The notes under the pieces were generated by a model that saw only the letters and a program-made list of their open reading frames with translations, searched no databases and was not told the DNA's origin. This document shows, piece by piece, positions 40,168 through 50,640 of a stretch of 64,000 bases of DNA. Source of the stretch: a virus; IMG/VR virus record IMGVR_UViG_3300043464_001679, positions 14,840 through 78,839 of that record; one strand, 5' to 3'. A program made the position numbers and the translations under genes. How positions within the stretch are numbered: position 1 is the stretch's first letter; every line of letters starts with the position of its first letter.

Positions 40168-41060
40168 AAAAACTTTGGAATTGGGTTAAAGATAATCCGA
40201 ATAGGTCTATGTTCTTGGTACCGATACTCTTGGTAGCCGGAATCTCAATATCACACGTAGTTTCGTGGTATAATATCGCTAACCCATTTAATTGGGCAGT
40301 TTATCTGTCAATTGCTATTGAGGTAGGTGCGATGACTGCTTTAGTTGCAGCAACAAATAAAATTAAAGGTGGTGTGTGGTTTATGTTTGGTATCGTGACA
40401 TTGATCCAAATGATAGGTAATATTTTCTTCACTTATAAAGAAATTGATCAAAATGGAGAACTTTTTAAATCTTGGGTTGAATTAACAGGACCTATTTGGG
40501 AAATGGTTGGTTCAGACCCGGCTGATATATTATCAATGAAAAGATGGTTAGCATTTTTAGAAGGAGGTCTTCTACCTATTATATCTTTAACGTCACTTCA
40601 CTTTTTTGTTAAATATGATGGTAAAAAAGAAGAAGAAACTGAAACAACCCCACAAGTACTACACAAGCACCCCACAAGTAACGACGAAGTAATTGATGAA
40701 AAAAATGTAGAAAAATTAACTGATTTACAAAAAGAGTCAAATAAAGTTTGGGAAAAGGTAAGTGAACTTAGAGAAGAGGGTAAATTACCCACACAACCTA
40801 CTGAAAAAGAATTAGAAGAAGAACCTACGGCATTAGCTTTTACGCCATACGACATCCAAGAAGAAGAATATGATGAACAACCTGTTTTAGTTGAGGAAGA
40901 AAATCCTGAAGACGAAATAATATTCCCAATAACAGGTAATACCGAAACAAAAAATTTTGAAGAGAGTATTAATGACCAAAAAACTTTAGGAGACGAACTA
41001 ACCAAAACTTGGAATAGGATTATTAAAAAAACAAATAATAATATCCAAAGAATCGATTAA
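40164..41060 (+). CDS. Multi-pass membrane protein with acidic tail
   Basis: About 4 hydrophobic segments. Confidence 0.65.
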   Translation: MKKLWNWVKDNPNRSMFLVPILLVAGISISHVVSWYNIANPFNWAVYLSIAIEVGAMTALVAATNKIKGGVWFMFGIVTLIQMIGNIFFTYKEIDQNGELFKSWVELTGPIWEMVGSDPADILSMKRWLAFLEGGLLPIISLTSLHFFVKYDGKKEEETETTPQVLHKHPTSNDEVIDEKNVEKLTDLQKESNKVWEKVSELREEGKLPTQPTEKELEEEPTALAFTPYDIQEEEYDEQPVLVEEENPEDEIIFPITGNTETKNFEESINDQKTLGDELTKTWNRIIKKTNNNIQRID

Positions 41061-41653
41061 TGATTAATACATTAACATATATTTTACCTGAAAATAATTT
41101 TTACAAAGAAGTTTATCACAAAACTCAAATAGTTATTGGTCATAATAGTAGGAAGGATATGAGACATTATTATACTTGGATTAATAGGAGAAATGGTAAC
41201 TATAAAAAAACCGCCACATACTCAATAGATAAAGACGGGACAATATATCAACACTACGACCCAAAATACTACTCTGATTTTTTAGGTTGTGACCAAGATA
41301 AATGTAACATTTCAATTATGTTAGTTAACGAAGGTTGGTTAAAATTAAATGAGATGAATGTATTTGTTGATTGGTTAGGGCATACTTATAGTAAGAACAT
41401 TGACTTAATAGAAAAGAATTGGAGAAATCACAAGTATTGGGTAATGTATACAGAAGAACAATTTAATTCTTTAAAATACTTAGTAGGTCATCTTTGTGAT
41501 GAGTTTGGAATAGAAACTGATTTCATAGGTAATAATGTTTATAATGAAAACGCTGATTTATTTAAAGGAATAACTTTTAGAAGTAATTACTTTAAAGATA
41601 TAACGGATGTGAGTCCGGCTTTTGAACTAGAAAAAATAACACAAAATGGATGA
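41060..41653 (+). CDS. N-acetylmuramoyl-L-alanine amidase-like protein (Amidase_2 fold, degenerate Zn ligands)
   Basis: QIVIGH, YSIDKDGTIYQ, YTEEQFNSL, DVSP. Confidence 0.65.
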   Translation: MINTLTYILPENNFYKEVYHKTQIVIGHNSRKDMRHYYTWINRRNGNYKKTATYSIDKDGTIYQHYDPKYYSDFLGCDQDKCNISIMLVNEGWLKLNEMNVFVDWLGHTYSKNIDLIEKNWRNHKYWVMYTEEQFNSLKYLVGHLCDEFGIETDFIGNNVYNENADLFKGITFRSNYFKDITDVSPAFELEKITQNG

Positions 41654-42173
41654 AAGAAAATTTCTTAGTAAGATTAGAAAATTACAAGAAAGTGGTGAAA
41701 AAATTGGTTTAACTGAATTTCCATCTAAATTAAAAGATGGTGATAAATTTTTAATGTCTGAAAATAAAATTATTTTAAAAGAAGATGACGTTCAAACAGT
41801 TGAACCTGATGAACAAAGAGACGAAGAAAATAAATTTAGAGATACTGTAACTAACCTAGTTAAATTCCAACCAATTAAAGTACACAAAGAAAATGTAGTT
41901 TGGTCTGGTTATTTAGTTAGAGAAAAAATAAGATGGAATTATTCATTGGATGAAAGTGTTGGTTGTTATATACAATCAATGGGTGAAGATGATACTAGTA
42001 GTTCTATACAATTAACTGACGAAACTTTAACAGTAATTAAAAAAATTAGAGGTTATTATGACGTATGGAGTGAAGAATGGGCTTCTAGATTAACAGGTGG
42101 TTCAGCTGAAGAAAACGAGGAAGGTATGAGTGGAAATGAAACTGGTGGTGAAACTGGTGGATTTGAGTTTTAA
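41646..42173 (+). CDS. Hypothetical protein
   Basis: 175 aa, coupled. Confidence 0.6.
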   Translation: MDERKFLSKIRKLQESGEKIGLTEFPSKLKDGDKFLMSENKIILKEDDVQTVEPDEQRDEENKFRDTVTNLVKFQPIKVHKENVVWSGYLVREKIRWNYSLDESVGCYIQSMGEDDTSSSIQLTDETLTVIKKIRGYYDVWSEEWASRLTGGSAEENEEGMSGNETGGETGGFEF

Positions 42174-42184
42174 TTAATTTAAAT

Positions 42185-42976
42185 ATGAGAGATAAAATTT
42201 TATTTGGTGGTATACTTGTTTTAATTTTTCTTTTAATAGTTAACCATTGTGAAAAAGTTAAATTAGAAAAAGATTTATATGAACAAGTTAGAACAACCAA
42301 TATAGAGGTTGTTAAAAACAGTAAACTAATAAAAGAGAAAGACGGTCAGTATGCTAAATTTGTTAACAATTTTAATGAACAAAAAGATTTGTTAAAACAA
42401 TTAAAAGAAGAAAACAAAGATTTATACAAAACCATCAAAAAAAATGACGAGAAATTATTAATGATTAATAATACGTTAATTACTTTGGATGGTAAAGTTG
42501 AAGAAGGTTTTGGTAAATTTAATCCTAATGATAGTAATTTAATTGATTTAAAATTAAAATACCCTGACGATAAAGCTTGGTTTATATCTTGGGATGGTAG
42601 TGTTCATAAAAAGACCGCACATTACAAAGGTGATTGGAAATTTGGTAACTTACCTTTACAAATAGTATTAACTGAAACTGAAAAAGGTATATGGAATAGT
42701 AGATTAATTGGCCCTGAATGGTTAAAAGTGGAAAAAATGGAAGTTAATGCTATTAAACCAGAAAACATAGTTTCCCCATACGTACCACAACCAAGAAACT
42801 ACGGATTTATTTTAGGTGGTGGTTATGTAAAAGATTTAAACAATAACCCACAAAATGGATTCTCAGTCGGAGCTGGAATCTACTTTAAAAATAGTTCTTT
42901 TATAATTAATGGTATGTCTAATAACATTGTGGGCTTTAATTATTATTATAGATTTGTTACATTTAAGAAAAAATAA
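42185..42976 (+). CDS. Membrane-anchored protein (TM, coiled coil, beta-rich C-term)
   Basis: N-terminal TM; C-term GFILGGGY..GVGAGIY. Confidence 0.6.
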   Translation: MRDKILFGGILVLIFLLIVNHCEKVKLEKDLYEQVRTTNIEVVKNSKLIKEKDGQYAKFVNNFNEQKDLLKQLKEENKDLYKTIKKNDEKLLMINNTLITLDGKVEEGFGKFNPNDSNLIDLKLKYPDDKAWFISWDGSVHKKTAHYKGDWKFGNLPLQIVLTETEKGIWNSRLIGPEWLKVEKMEVNAIKPENIVSPYVPQPRNYGFILGGGYVKDLNNNPQNGFSVGAGIYFKNSSFIINGMSNNIVGFNYYYRFVTFKKK

Positions 42977-42979
42977 GTT

Positions 42980-43306
42980 ATGTCACAAAATTTACAAATA
43001 AAAAGATTGTTAGAAGAAATACAGGAAAATAGTCACAAAAAGATTGTTTTTTATACATTAGATGGTTGTCCAGCTTGTAATGAATTAAAAGAAAAATCCG
43101 AAAAAATTGGTTTAGTTTGGGAAAGTGTTGAGATGAATGGTAATGAAGTTATGTGGAAAAAATTAGAAGATATGGGTGGTAGTGAATATGTGCCACAAGT
43201 ACAAGTAGAGGATTACTTAATTAAAGAAAATGAATATGAAGATGTTAATGAATTAATTAGTAAAACCTTAAGTAGGTTATTAGAAAGAAGAATTATTATA
43301 AAATAA
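42980..43306 (+). CDS. Glutaredoxin-like protein
   Basis: GCPAC and YVPQV. Confidence 0.85.
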   Translation: MSQNLQIKRLLEEIQENSHKKIVFYTLDGCPACNELKEKSEKIGLVWESVEMNGNEVMWKKLEDMGGSEYVPQVQVEDYLIKENEYEDVNELISKTLSRLLERRIIIK

Positions 43307-43310
43307 AAAA

Positions 43311-43332
43311 GCCACCACAAGGTGGTTTTTTT
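43311..43332 (+). terminator. Intrinsic terminator
   Basis: GCCACC-ACAA-GGTGGT plus T run. Confidence 0.75.
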
Positions 43333-43389
43333 ATGCTTTAAAGACATATTTATTTAATAAATAATAATCGATTATTAAAAACCAAAAAA

Positions 43390-43551
43390 ATGTCTAAAAA
43401 AGTATTACGCTACACAGAAGAAGAATTTGTAACTCTATTAGAAAATATTGTTAAAAGAGTTAAAAAAGAACAAATGTTAGAAGAAGCTAGAAAATCTAGA
43501 AGAGCTAACTTATCAGAAAGATTCGAAAGAGAAAGAAGACGTAGATTTTAA
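43390..43551 (+). CDS. Small protein absent from the ORF track (53 aa)
   Basis: MSKKVLRYTEEEFVTLLENIVKRVKKEQMLEE...RRRRF; ATATTTAT upstream at 43346. Confidence 0.7.
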   Translation: MSKKVLRYTEEEFVTLLENIVKRVKKEQMLEEARKSRRANLSERFERERRRRF

Positions 43552-43557
43552 TAAATC

Positions 43558-43827
43558 ATGAAAAAAGTAATTAAACAAATCCTCAAGGAAGAATTAACTC
43601 GTGCCGATAAAGCTGAAATCAAAAAAATAGCTAAAGCTGAATTTGAAGACATGCTTAAAACGACTAATATTAAGTCAAAAATTGAGGATTTGGTTAAGAA
43701 ACAACTTAAAAATGATAAATCAACACAAAAAGAAGTTGCTGATATCACACAAAAAGTTTTAGTACAATTCTATAAAACCCTTTGGACTAAAAGAAGTTTT
43801 TGGGCAAATAAATTAGACAGTATTTAA
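43558..43827 (+). CDS. Hypothetical protein with N-terminal IKQILKEE motif
   Basis: 89 aa. Confidence 0.65.
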   Translation: MKKVIKQILKEELTRADKAEIKKIAKAEFEDMLKTTNIKSKIEDLVKKQLKNDKSTQKEVADITQKVLVQFYKTLWTKRSFWANKLDSI

Positions 43828-45419
43828 TGAGTTGGTTCGAGAAAAATACAAATTTTGACCCAATAGCTAAAGTGGGTATGAGAATTAGGATGGGTGATAC
43901 TGATGCTTTTAACCCTGAAGGTTTAAAAGAAAAAAATCCAGTAAAACCTGATATGGAGGGTACCATTGATAAAATTGATAGCATTGGTACTTTACATGTT
44001 TTATGGGATCCAGATGAAAATGGGAGTCAAAGATATTTTGGGGTTATACCTAATATAGATGATTATACATTGTTACCATCTTTAAAAGACCAAGTAACTA
44101 TAGATAGTTTTAATGAATCTAAAGAAATTAACCCTTCTGTGGGTAAAAGAATAGATTCCGATTTGAAAAAAACCGCTAATAAAATTAAACCAATAGAAAA
44201 ATTAAAAGCTTTTGAATCTGAAAAAGATTTAGAAGAAACTGTGGTCACTGGGTCAGCAGCAGGACCATATTATGGTCCATTAGGTAGTAGAAAAAATGAA
44301 TCCATTAAAGTAAAAGATTTTATTAGTGAAACAACTGGTGTTAGTGCTATTAGTGCTACTGTAGACTTTTTAATAAGTAATTTAATGGGTTGGGGTACTA
44401 TAGAGGATATGAGTCCACCTTGGCCTAGTTTAACAAAAAAGGCTGACAACAATAAAAAAGAAGATTGGTGGTGGCAAAAAATACCCACATACAATGGTGG
44501 TGTAATAACAGACCCATACGCTAAGACAAACCAAACGTGGGATGATGATAGTCTTGAGGTCGATGTAGATCAAGATCTTAATATCTTTAGAAAAGAGGTA
44601 GAAAAAAACCCTAAAAAATATAAACAATCTGTTATTACAATAGATAAGGGGTTTGATTTAAATATTGATCCTCGTAATGAGGATTGGAAATCTTCTTTAC
44701 AAAAAGGTGTTGATTTAAAAAATGACCATACAACTGGAGAGATACAAACTTTTCGTAATAAATCATACAGTAGAACACTAAAAAAAGAAGATATTACTAA
44801 TTTTTTAGATAATCTAATTTCAGAAGGTAAAAAAAAGGATAAAAAAACTAAAGTACACACCAAAAAATGGGACCGTTGTGTTGAAGCTGTAAAAATGAAA
44901 AACAAAGAAAACGGTACAGATTATAATCCTTATTCTGTTTGCCAATCTTCAATTGGATACGAAGGTTCGATAAAAAAACCACATAGAAGACAAGAAGTTG
45001 ATGAGGAGGGGGTTAATGAAACGACTACTTTCGGTTCTGTTTTTGGTGGTGGATTTCCTGTAACACCTATGTTTGCAGCTAAAAAAGGACAACACAGACC
45101 TTCTAAAAAACCTTTATGGAAAGGCGGTCAAATCATACAAAAAGTGGATGGTCACGGTATATTTAATGAATCTGAAGAAAAAGTTTCTTTATTGGATGAA
45201 ATAAATAAAGTTAAGTGGACTAAGGGAGCTAAATACGTTAAGATAAAAGACAAATGTGCTAAATACAATAACCAACCGTGGTGTAGTCAGGGGGCTATTG
45301 ATAATCCATTAGAATTGAGTGATAAAACTTTTGAATCTGTATCTAATTTGGCTAAAAAATTAGGTTTATCAGAAGAATTTATATTGGATAAAATAAATAA
45401 GACTTTAAATAAAAAATAA
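43827..45419 (+). CDS. Multi-segment protein, putative internal head protein
   Basis: N-term DUF4314-like (GTIDKIDSIGTLHVLWD); many hydrophobic-x-E sites. Confidence 0.55.
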   Translation: MSWFEKNTNFDPIAKVGMRIRMGDTDAFNPEGLKEKNPVKPDMEGTIDKIDSIGTLHVLWDPDENGSQRYFGVIPNIDDYTLLPSLKDQVTIDSFNESKEINPSVGKRIDSDLKKTANKIKPIEKLKAFESEKDLEETVVTGSAAGPYYGPLGSRKNESIKVKDFISETTGVSAISATVDFLISNLMGWGTIEDMSPPWPSLTKKADNNKKEDWWWQKIPTYNGGVITDPYAKTNQTWDDDSLEVDVDQDLNIFRKEVEKNPKKYKQSVITIDKGFDLNIDPRNEDWKSSLQKGVDLKNDHTTGEIQTFRNKSYSRTLKKEDITNFLDNLISEGKKKDKKTKVHTKKWDRCVEAVKMKNKENGTDYNPYSVCQSSIGYEGSIKKPHRRQEVDEEGVNETTTFGSVFGGGFPVTPMFAAKKGQHRPSKKPLWKGGQIIQKVDGHGIFNESEEKVSLLDEINKVKWTKGAKYVKIKDKCAKYNNQPWCSQGAIDNPLELSDKTFESVSNLAKKLGLSEEFILDKINKTLNKK

Positions 45420-45428
45420 GTTTAAGTT

Positions 45429-47630
45429 ATGGATTTAAAAGTAACTAACTTATATAATAAATCCCTAGATAGATTAAACGATCCAATATATATTAAAAAT
45501 GTGTTGGGTATATCTGTGCCATTAAATGAATCTTTTGGTGGTTATAACCCTGAATTAAGAAATTTAATAATCCAAGAACAATTAATTTTAAAGGGTTTTA
45601 TGGATTCTTTAAATAAATGGGTTAAAGATACAAAAGAAACTGTTGTTAGTGTAATAAAGTCACCAGCAGACATAGCTTTATTATTAAAAAATTTAATTGA
45701 AAACCCTAAAGTATTAGATTCTTTAAATAGTGCCTACAGGAAAAAAATAGAATCTTTTAGTGATAAATTTGAGGAAAAACTAAATGGTATTGCTAATTCT
45801 TTGGATAAGGTAGGTATTATAGTAAAATCTAAAGCTCCAGAAACTTTTGAAACCATTAAAAAAGTTTATCTTTCTTTTTCTGAAAGTTTAAAAAATTATG
45901 TCAAAAAATTTAATGATTTTTTAAATAAAAACAAAACAGAGGGGTGGTTAGGTTTTTTAAAATCCCTTGTTTTAAGTGCCACATTAAGTTATGTTAATGG
46001 TAAGATAGATTTTTATGTTAAAAAAATAAATGCCTATTTAAATGCTGTTGGTGACCCACAAAATTTTTCTAAAGACGAAACTAAGGATGGTTTAAACAAA
46101 TTAAAAAAAGAGGTTGAGGGTGGTTTAAGTGATCATGTTAGTTCTATTTTAACGGGTGTAGGTAGTTTGGCAAAAGATAGTTTTGACAGTATTGCTAATT
46201 TTTTTAAAGCTATTGCTGGTAAATACAAATGGTTATGGACCTCTGTTGTGGGGTATTTGGTTGAGGTTTCTAAAATTGTTAGAAATAGTATAGAAAATGA
46301 TAAAGGTATTGATTTAACACATTATCGTAGTATGGATAGAGAGTTGGCATCAATAAAAGATTCGTATAAAAGAGATGGTATAGGTAAAATAATTGAAGAA
46401 AATAAGGCTAAATCATCAGATAATGATATTTATATAAAAAAAACAGATATGTCAGATAATATCAAAAAAATAGTAAAAAATAAATTGAACACTTTACTTG
46501 AAACTAAAGGGTTTGAGGATATGGAAGTGGCTTTCGGTGTTAAGCACAAAAGTGATAATCTTTCTGATGCTGAAAAAGGTCAGTTTGGTTCATTAGAAAC
46601 AATCCAAGATAAAGAAACAGGTTTAGTTAACCTGGGTAGTGCTTCAGTACAACCTAAATTGGATAAGGTACACAAAGAAGATGTTAAGGATGCTGAAGAA
46701 TATTATAAAATGGTTTTGGATAGAATGAGAAACTTCCAAAAAACAGATACAGCAGAACCATCACAAATAGGTGAGGCATTTGAACCTAAAAAAGTTAATA
46801 GAGAGGACGACCAAACAAAAGATTATGATGTATACGATACTGAAGCTTTAGGACCTGGTATGTTAGCTTTAAGATATGATAATGAAGGTACACCTGTACA
46901 TGATGAGTTTATGAAAAGACAGGATGAATTAAATGGAAACGATTCTACTTATCTAAAACTTAGAAATTATTCAGAAAAATATTTAAAACATAAATACGAA
47001 AAACCTGATGAGTATCACTATTCACCAAAAGTAAGAACAACAGAAAAACCTATTAGTGAGTCTGAAATAAATAAAGCAAAAACTCATGATGTAACAACTA
47101 CAGATGGTAAAACCATTGTCGGTACACATCAGTATGGCGTTGGTTTCAAACCTAATAATATAGGGATTGAAATGGGTTTTAAAGAAGATCCTGAAGTGAT
47201 ACCAAAGGGTACTAGAATACAAAAAGATACGCCATTATTAAGAATAGGACAAAAAAACCCTACAAGAATGGAATCAGAAAATAAATATTCTGATGTTATG
47301 ACTGAAAATATTTTTAAAGTTAAAGGTGAAATTAAATCAAAAGAACAAGTTCTTAAATTAACAGAAAAGTTACCTTCTAGAGTTAAAATGGATGAGACTA
47401 TATTCGCTGTAACTGACGGTGAAAACTATTATAGATTAATATGGGAGGGTAATGAAGATGGTGAAGCTGTTATTACCCATGAAAAAAATATTAACATAGT
47501 TAATGAAAGTATTGATAAGATGAAACACTTATGGGGATTTAAATCTTCAAAAAACAATTCAACAAAAAATATTGTTAAAGAAAGTGAAGAAGAAAATTTT
47601 AAAAAATTGTTTAGAAAATTAAAAAAATAA
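45429..47630 (+). CDS. Large putative internal head protein (probable fusion, second start at 46449)
   Basis: 733 aa; internal ATATTTAT at 46426 and in-frame ATG 46449. Confidence 0.55.
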   Translation: MDLKVTNLYNKSLDRLNDPIYIKNVLGISVPLNESFGGYNPELRNLIIQEQLILKGFMDSLNKWVKDTKETVVSVIKSPADIALLLKNLIENPKVLDSLNSAYRKKIESFSDKFEEKLNGIANSLDKVGIIVKSKAPETFETIKKVYLSFSESLKNYVKKFNDFLNKNKTEGWLGFLKSLVLSATLSYVNGKIDFYVKKINAYLNAVGDPQNFSKDETKDGLNKLKKEVEGGLSDHVSSILTGVGSLAKDSFDSIANFFKAIAGKYKWLWTSVVGYLVEVSKIVRNSIENDKGIDLTHYRSMDRELASIKDSYKRDGIGKIIEENKAKSSDNDIYIKKTDMSDNIKKIVKNKLNTLLETKGFEDMEVAFGVKHKSDNLSDAEKGQFGSLETIQDKETGLVNLGSASVQPKLDKVHKEDVKDAEEYYKMVLDRMRNFQKTDTAEPSQIGEAFEPKKVNREDDQTKDYDVYDTEALGPGMLALRYDNEGTPVHDEFMKRQDELNGNDSTYLKLRNYSEKYLKHKYEKPDEYHYSPKVRTTEKPISESEINKAKTHDVTTTDGKTIVGTHQYGVGFKPNNIGIEMGFKEDPEVIPKGTRIQKDTPLLRIGQKNPTRMESENKYSDVMTENIFKVKGEIKSKEQVLKLTEKLPSRVKMDETIFAVTDGENYYRLIWEGNEDGEAVITHEKNINIVNESIDKMKHLWGFKSSKNNSTKNIVKESEEENFKKLFRKLKK

Positions 47631-47637
47631 AAATTAT

Positions 47638-47664
47638 AAACCCTCTAATTTAGAGGGTTTTTTT
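47638..47664 (+). terminator. Intrinsic terminator
   Basis: AAACCCTCTA-ATT-TAGAGGGTTT plus T run. Confidence 0.75.
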
Positions 47665-47695
47665 ATATCTATTAATATTTATAAATAAAAAAGAT

Positions 47696-48310
47696 ATGAG
47701 TCTAAAAAAATTACAAGAAAAGATTGGCACAACACCAGACGGTGCCTTTGGGCCAAACACTCTTAAAAAGGCTATGGAGTATTTTAAAATGACACCTGAA
47801 AGGGCTGCCCATTTCTTTGCACAAACAGCACATGAAACAGGTGAATTTAAATTATTTACAGAAAATTTAAATTATTCAGCAGCTGGATTAAGAAATGTAT
47901 TCGGTAAATATTTCCCAAGCACATTGGCTGAATCATACGCTAGACAACCAGAAAAAATAGCATCAAGAGTTTATGCTGAGAGAATGGGTAATGGTAACGA
48001 AGCTTCAAAAGAAGGTTGGGTATTTCGTGGAAGAGGTGCGTTACAATTAACTGGTAAATCAAATTACAAAGTATTTTCTGATTATTTGAAAAAACCAGAA
48101 ATAATGACTAACCCTGATTTGGTATCCACTGATTTTGCTTTTGAATCGGCAATATTTTTCTTTGATAATAATAAACTTTGGTCTATATGTGATAGAGGTG
48201 TTTCAGACGCAACCATATTATCTTTAACAAGAAGAATAAATGGGGGGACAAATGGATTAGAACATAGAAATGAATTAACTAAAAAATATTATGGTTGGTT
48301 AAAAAAATAA
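47696..48310 (+). CDS. GH19 glycoside hydrolase (endolysin) with short peptidoglycan-binding N-terminus
   Basis: DGAFGPNT; FFAQTAHET, ENLNYS, RGRGALQLTG, INGGTNGL. Confidence 0.9.
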   Translation: MSLKKLQEKIGTTPDGAFGPNTLKKAMEYFKMTPERAAHFFAQTAHETGEFKLFTENLNYSAAGLRNVFGKYFPSTLAESYARQPEKIASRVYAERMGNGNEASKEGWVFRGRGALQLTGKSNYKVFSDYLKKPEIMTNPDLVSTDFAFESAIFFFDNNKLWSICDRGVSDATILSLTRRINGGTNGLEHRNELTKKYYGWLKK

Positions 48311-48314
48311 CATT

Positions 48315-48923
48315 ATGTATACAAGAGAACAAATTAAAAATTCTGTTGAGGTAAAGGGTTATAAATGGTTTAATGATGAATCAAATAAAAGTTATGACGT
48401 TAATATTGTAGGAATACGTAATTCCTCTACAGGAAAGAAAGTAACAAACGTATTTGATGATTATATTACCATATCATTTAAAGATGAGAGTGGTAATTGG
48501 CAATTCTATTCTTGGAATGCAACTACTGACCCAGGTAAAAAATCCATGTTAGAATGGAATAAAATGGGTATTAAAGGTGGATGTGCCAGATTAGTACCCA
48601 ACCAATACAGAAGTGTTTGGGGTGTGAGCAAACACCAAGGTAAATACGACGCATTATGTCAGATAAATGGTAAAGTAAAAGTTTATCGTGATGCTGATTT
48701 TGACCTTGAATATGATGAGAATAAAATCACTGAGGGTATTTACGGAATTAACATACATAAAGCAGGGCAAGATTCAACTTGGGTAGAAAATTGGTCTGCG
48801 GGATGCCAAGTATTTAAAAGAGTTAAAGATTTTGATGTATTCATGAAGATATGTAAAAAAGCTTCTAAAATACATGGTAATAAATTCAGTTACACATTAT
48901 TAGAATCGATTGATATTGTGTAA
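48315..48923 (+). CDS. YkuD/L,D-transpeptidase-like cell-wall enzyme
   Basis: GINIH...WSAGCQV His/Cys motif. Confidence 0.6.
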   Translation: MYTREQIKNSVEVKGYKWFNDESNKSYDVNIVGIRNSSTGKKVTNVFDDYITISFKDESGNWQFYSWNATTDPGKKSMLEWNKMGIKGGCARLVPNQYRSVWGVSKHQGKYDALCQINGKVKVYRDADFDLEYDENKITEGIYGINIHKAGQDSTWVENWSAGCQVFKRVKDFDVFMKICKKASKIHGNKFSYTLLESIDIV

Positions 48924-48963
48924 AAGGTTTACAAAGGAAAATCTATCTATTACTAATTAAACA

Positions 48964-49443
48964 ATGACTAAAATTAAAAAAATATTAAATACGATAGATT
49001 TCATAGAATACATATCAAAAGCTATGAAAAAGGAAGATTTATTTTTACTATATAAAATAAACAATATCACACAGGAAAGAATGGAATTATTTTCAGACTT
49101 TATCTATGCGTTAAATGAGTTAGTTATTACTACTTATATGGGTGATGATATTACTATAGGAGAAGATAGAATTAAACATTTTAAATGGTGTTGGTCTAAA
49201 ATAATCGATTCTTTTAAACAAGAAAGAATTTATTTTATAGATTCAGTAGAATTGTATAATTACTTCCATGAGTTTTATAAAGAATCTTTTTACGATGAGG
49301 AGGATAAAAATAATGTTATTATAAAAAAGTTAAGTTCTTTTTGGGGGGATTTATTTGATTATAATCAAAATAAAACTATGTCTGAGTATGAAACTTTGAT
49401 AGAGTTATATAAAATTTTTAATAAAAGTTTTATTGTAAATTAA
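48964..49443 (+). CDS. Hypothetical protein
   Basis: 159 aa. Confidence 0.6.
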   Translation: MTKIKKILNTIDFIEYISKAMKKEDLFLLYKINNITQERMELFSDFIYALNELVITTYMGDDITIGEDRIKHFKWCWSKIIDSFKQERIYFIDSVELYNYFHEFYKESFYDEEDKNNVIIKKLSSFWGDLFDYNQNKTMSEYETLIELYKIFNKSFIVN

Positions 49444-49499
49444 TTCATATTATTGTTTAATTTTTATTAAATGATGGTATTTTTATATAAAAATGTTTT

Positions 49500-49727
49500 A
49501 TGAATACTAGAGATTTAGATATTATTAGTAATGAACTATTGCAAGAAAAACTCAAAGCAGAGGTTAATCTTGAGTATATTATATTGGACAAAAGTGTGAG
49601 TCCTGAAGCAAAAATTGAAAAAATAAAAAAAGAATTAGGTAGATTAAAAGACTCTTCATTAATGTTGAGTTATTGGGAATCTTTTACTACTAATAATCTA
49701 ATAATCCCACAAAAAAAAGGGGAATAA
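49500..49727 (+). CDS. Hypothetical protein
   Basis: 75 aa. Confidence 0.55.
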   Translation: MNTRDLDIISNELLQEKLKAEVNLEYIILDKSVSPEAKIEKIKKELGRLKDSSLMLSYWESFTTNNLIIPQKKGE

Positions 49728-49749
49728 TAAAAACAAAATAAAAATTAAA

Positions 49750-49932
49750 ATGGAAAAAGTTGTTGAACTAGAAAACCTTGTTAAACTCTTTACTGAAGAG
49801 TATACTAAATTTATCGAAAAAGGTAATAAAACCGCCGGAACTAGAGCTAGAAAGGCTTTACAGGACATTCGTAATTTAGCTAAAGATACAAGAGACGAAA
49901 TTAGTAACACTAAAAGACAAATGGTGTCTTAA
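49750..49932 (+). CDS. Histone H1-like (Hc1 family) nucleoid protein
   Basis: KFIEKGNKTAGTRARKAL. Confidence 0.8.
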   Translation: MEKVVELENLVKLFTEEYTKFIEKGNKTAGTRARKALQDIRNLAKDTRDEISNTKRQMVS

Positions 49933-49936
49933 TTAA

Positions 49937-50140
49937 ATGGGAGAGTTTATTTTAAATAAAGTTTTATTACTTATATTCATTCTTTGTGTATTGAATTGTT
50001 CAAAACACATATGGAATATAGTAAACGGTTTGAGGGAGGAAGTGCCTACTAAATATGAAATCTCAAAGTGGGATAGATTTTTATTAGGTCTTTCTGTTTC
50101 ATACATTATTACAACGTTTTTTACAGGAATCCAATTATAA
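49937..50140 (+). CDS. Small two-TM membrane protein
   Basis: Two hydrophobic segments. Confidence 0.55.
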   Translation: MGEFILNKVLLLIFILCVLNCSKHIWNIVNGLREEVPTKYEISKWDRFLLGLSVSYIITTFFTGIQL

Positions 50141-50637
50141 TGATACAAAAAAGATTAGACATATTACAACCTTATTTTAAAGGGTTAAAGGTCGCCGAAA
50201 ATTATAAAATAGTGGAACTCACCTTAAAAAGATCTTGGGACGTTGAACACAATGATGACATTATGTTTAACCAAAAAGAAACTAAAGAAGGTGGTAATAC
50301 TCTATACACAATGTTTTATTCAGAAACAAAATCATTTGATCAAATTTTAGATTTTATTGAAGAGAAAGTTATCAATTATAATTTGGAAGTTGAAGAAAAA
50401 GAAAGATTACTTAAAGCTAAAGTTGAAGAATTAAAACGTGTATTTGAGACTAAAAGTTTAGATGAATTAAATCATTTAAAATTCACAACTGAAGGTGATT
50501 CACTAAAATTAAATCATACTAAAGTTAACACAACAACCCCATCACTAGATGGAGACACACAAACCAAAGGTGTAAATACTTTAGATTTAGAAAAGGTTGT
50601 TAATAACGTAAACGGAAAAAAAACAGAAAAAGCTTAA
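50140..50637 (+). CDS. Hypothetical protein
   Basis: 165 aa, coupled. Confidence 0.6.
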   Translation: MIQKRLDILQPYFKGLKVAENYKIVELTLKRSWDVEHNDDIMFNQKETKEGGNTLYTMFYSETKSFDQILDFIEEKVINYNLEVEEKERLLKAKVEELKRVFETKSLDELNHLKFTTEGDSLKLNHTKVNTTTPSLDGDTQTKGVNTLDLEKVVNNVNGKKTEKA

Positions 50638-50640
50638 CAT

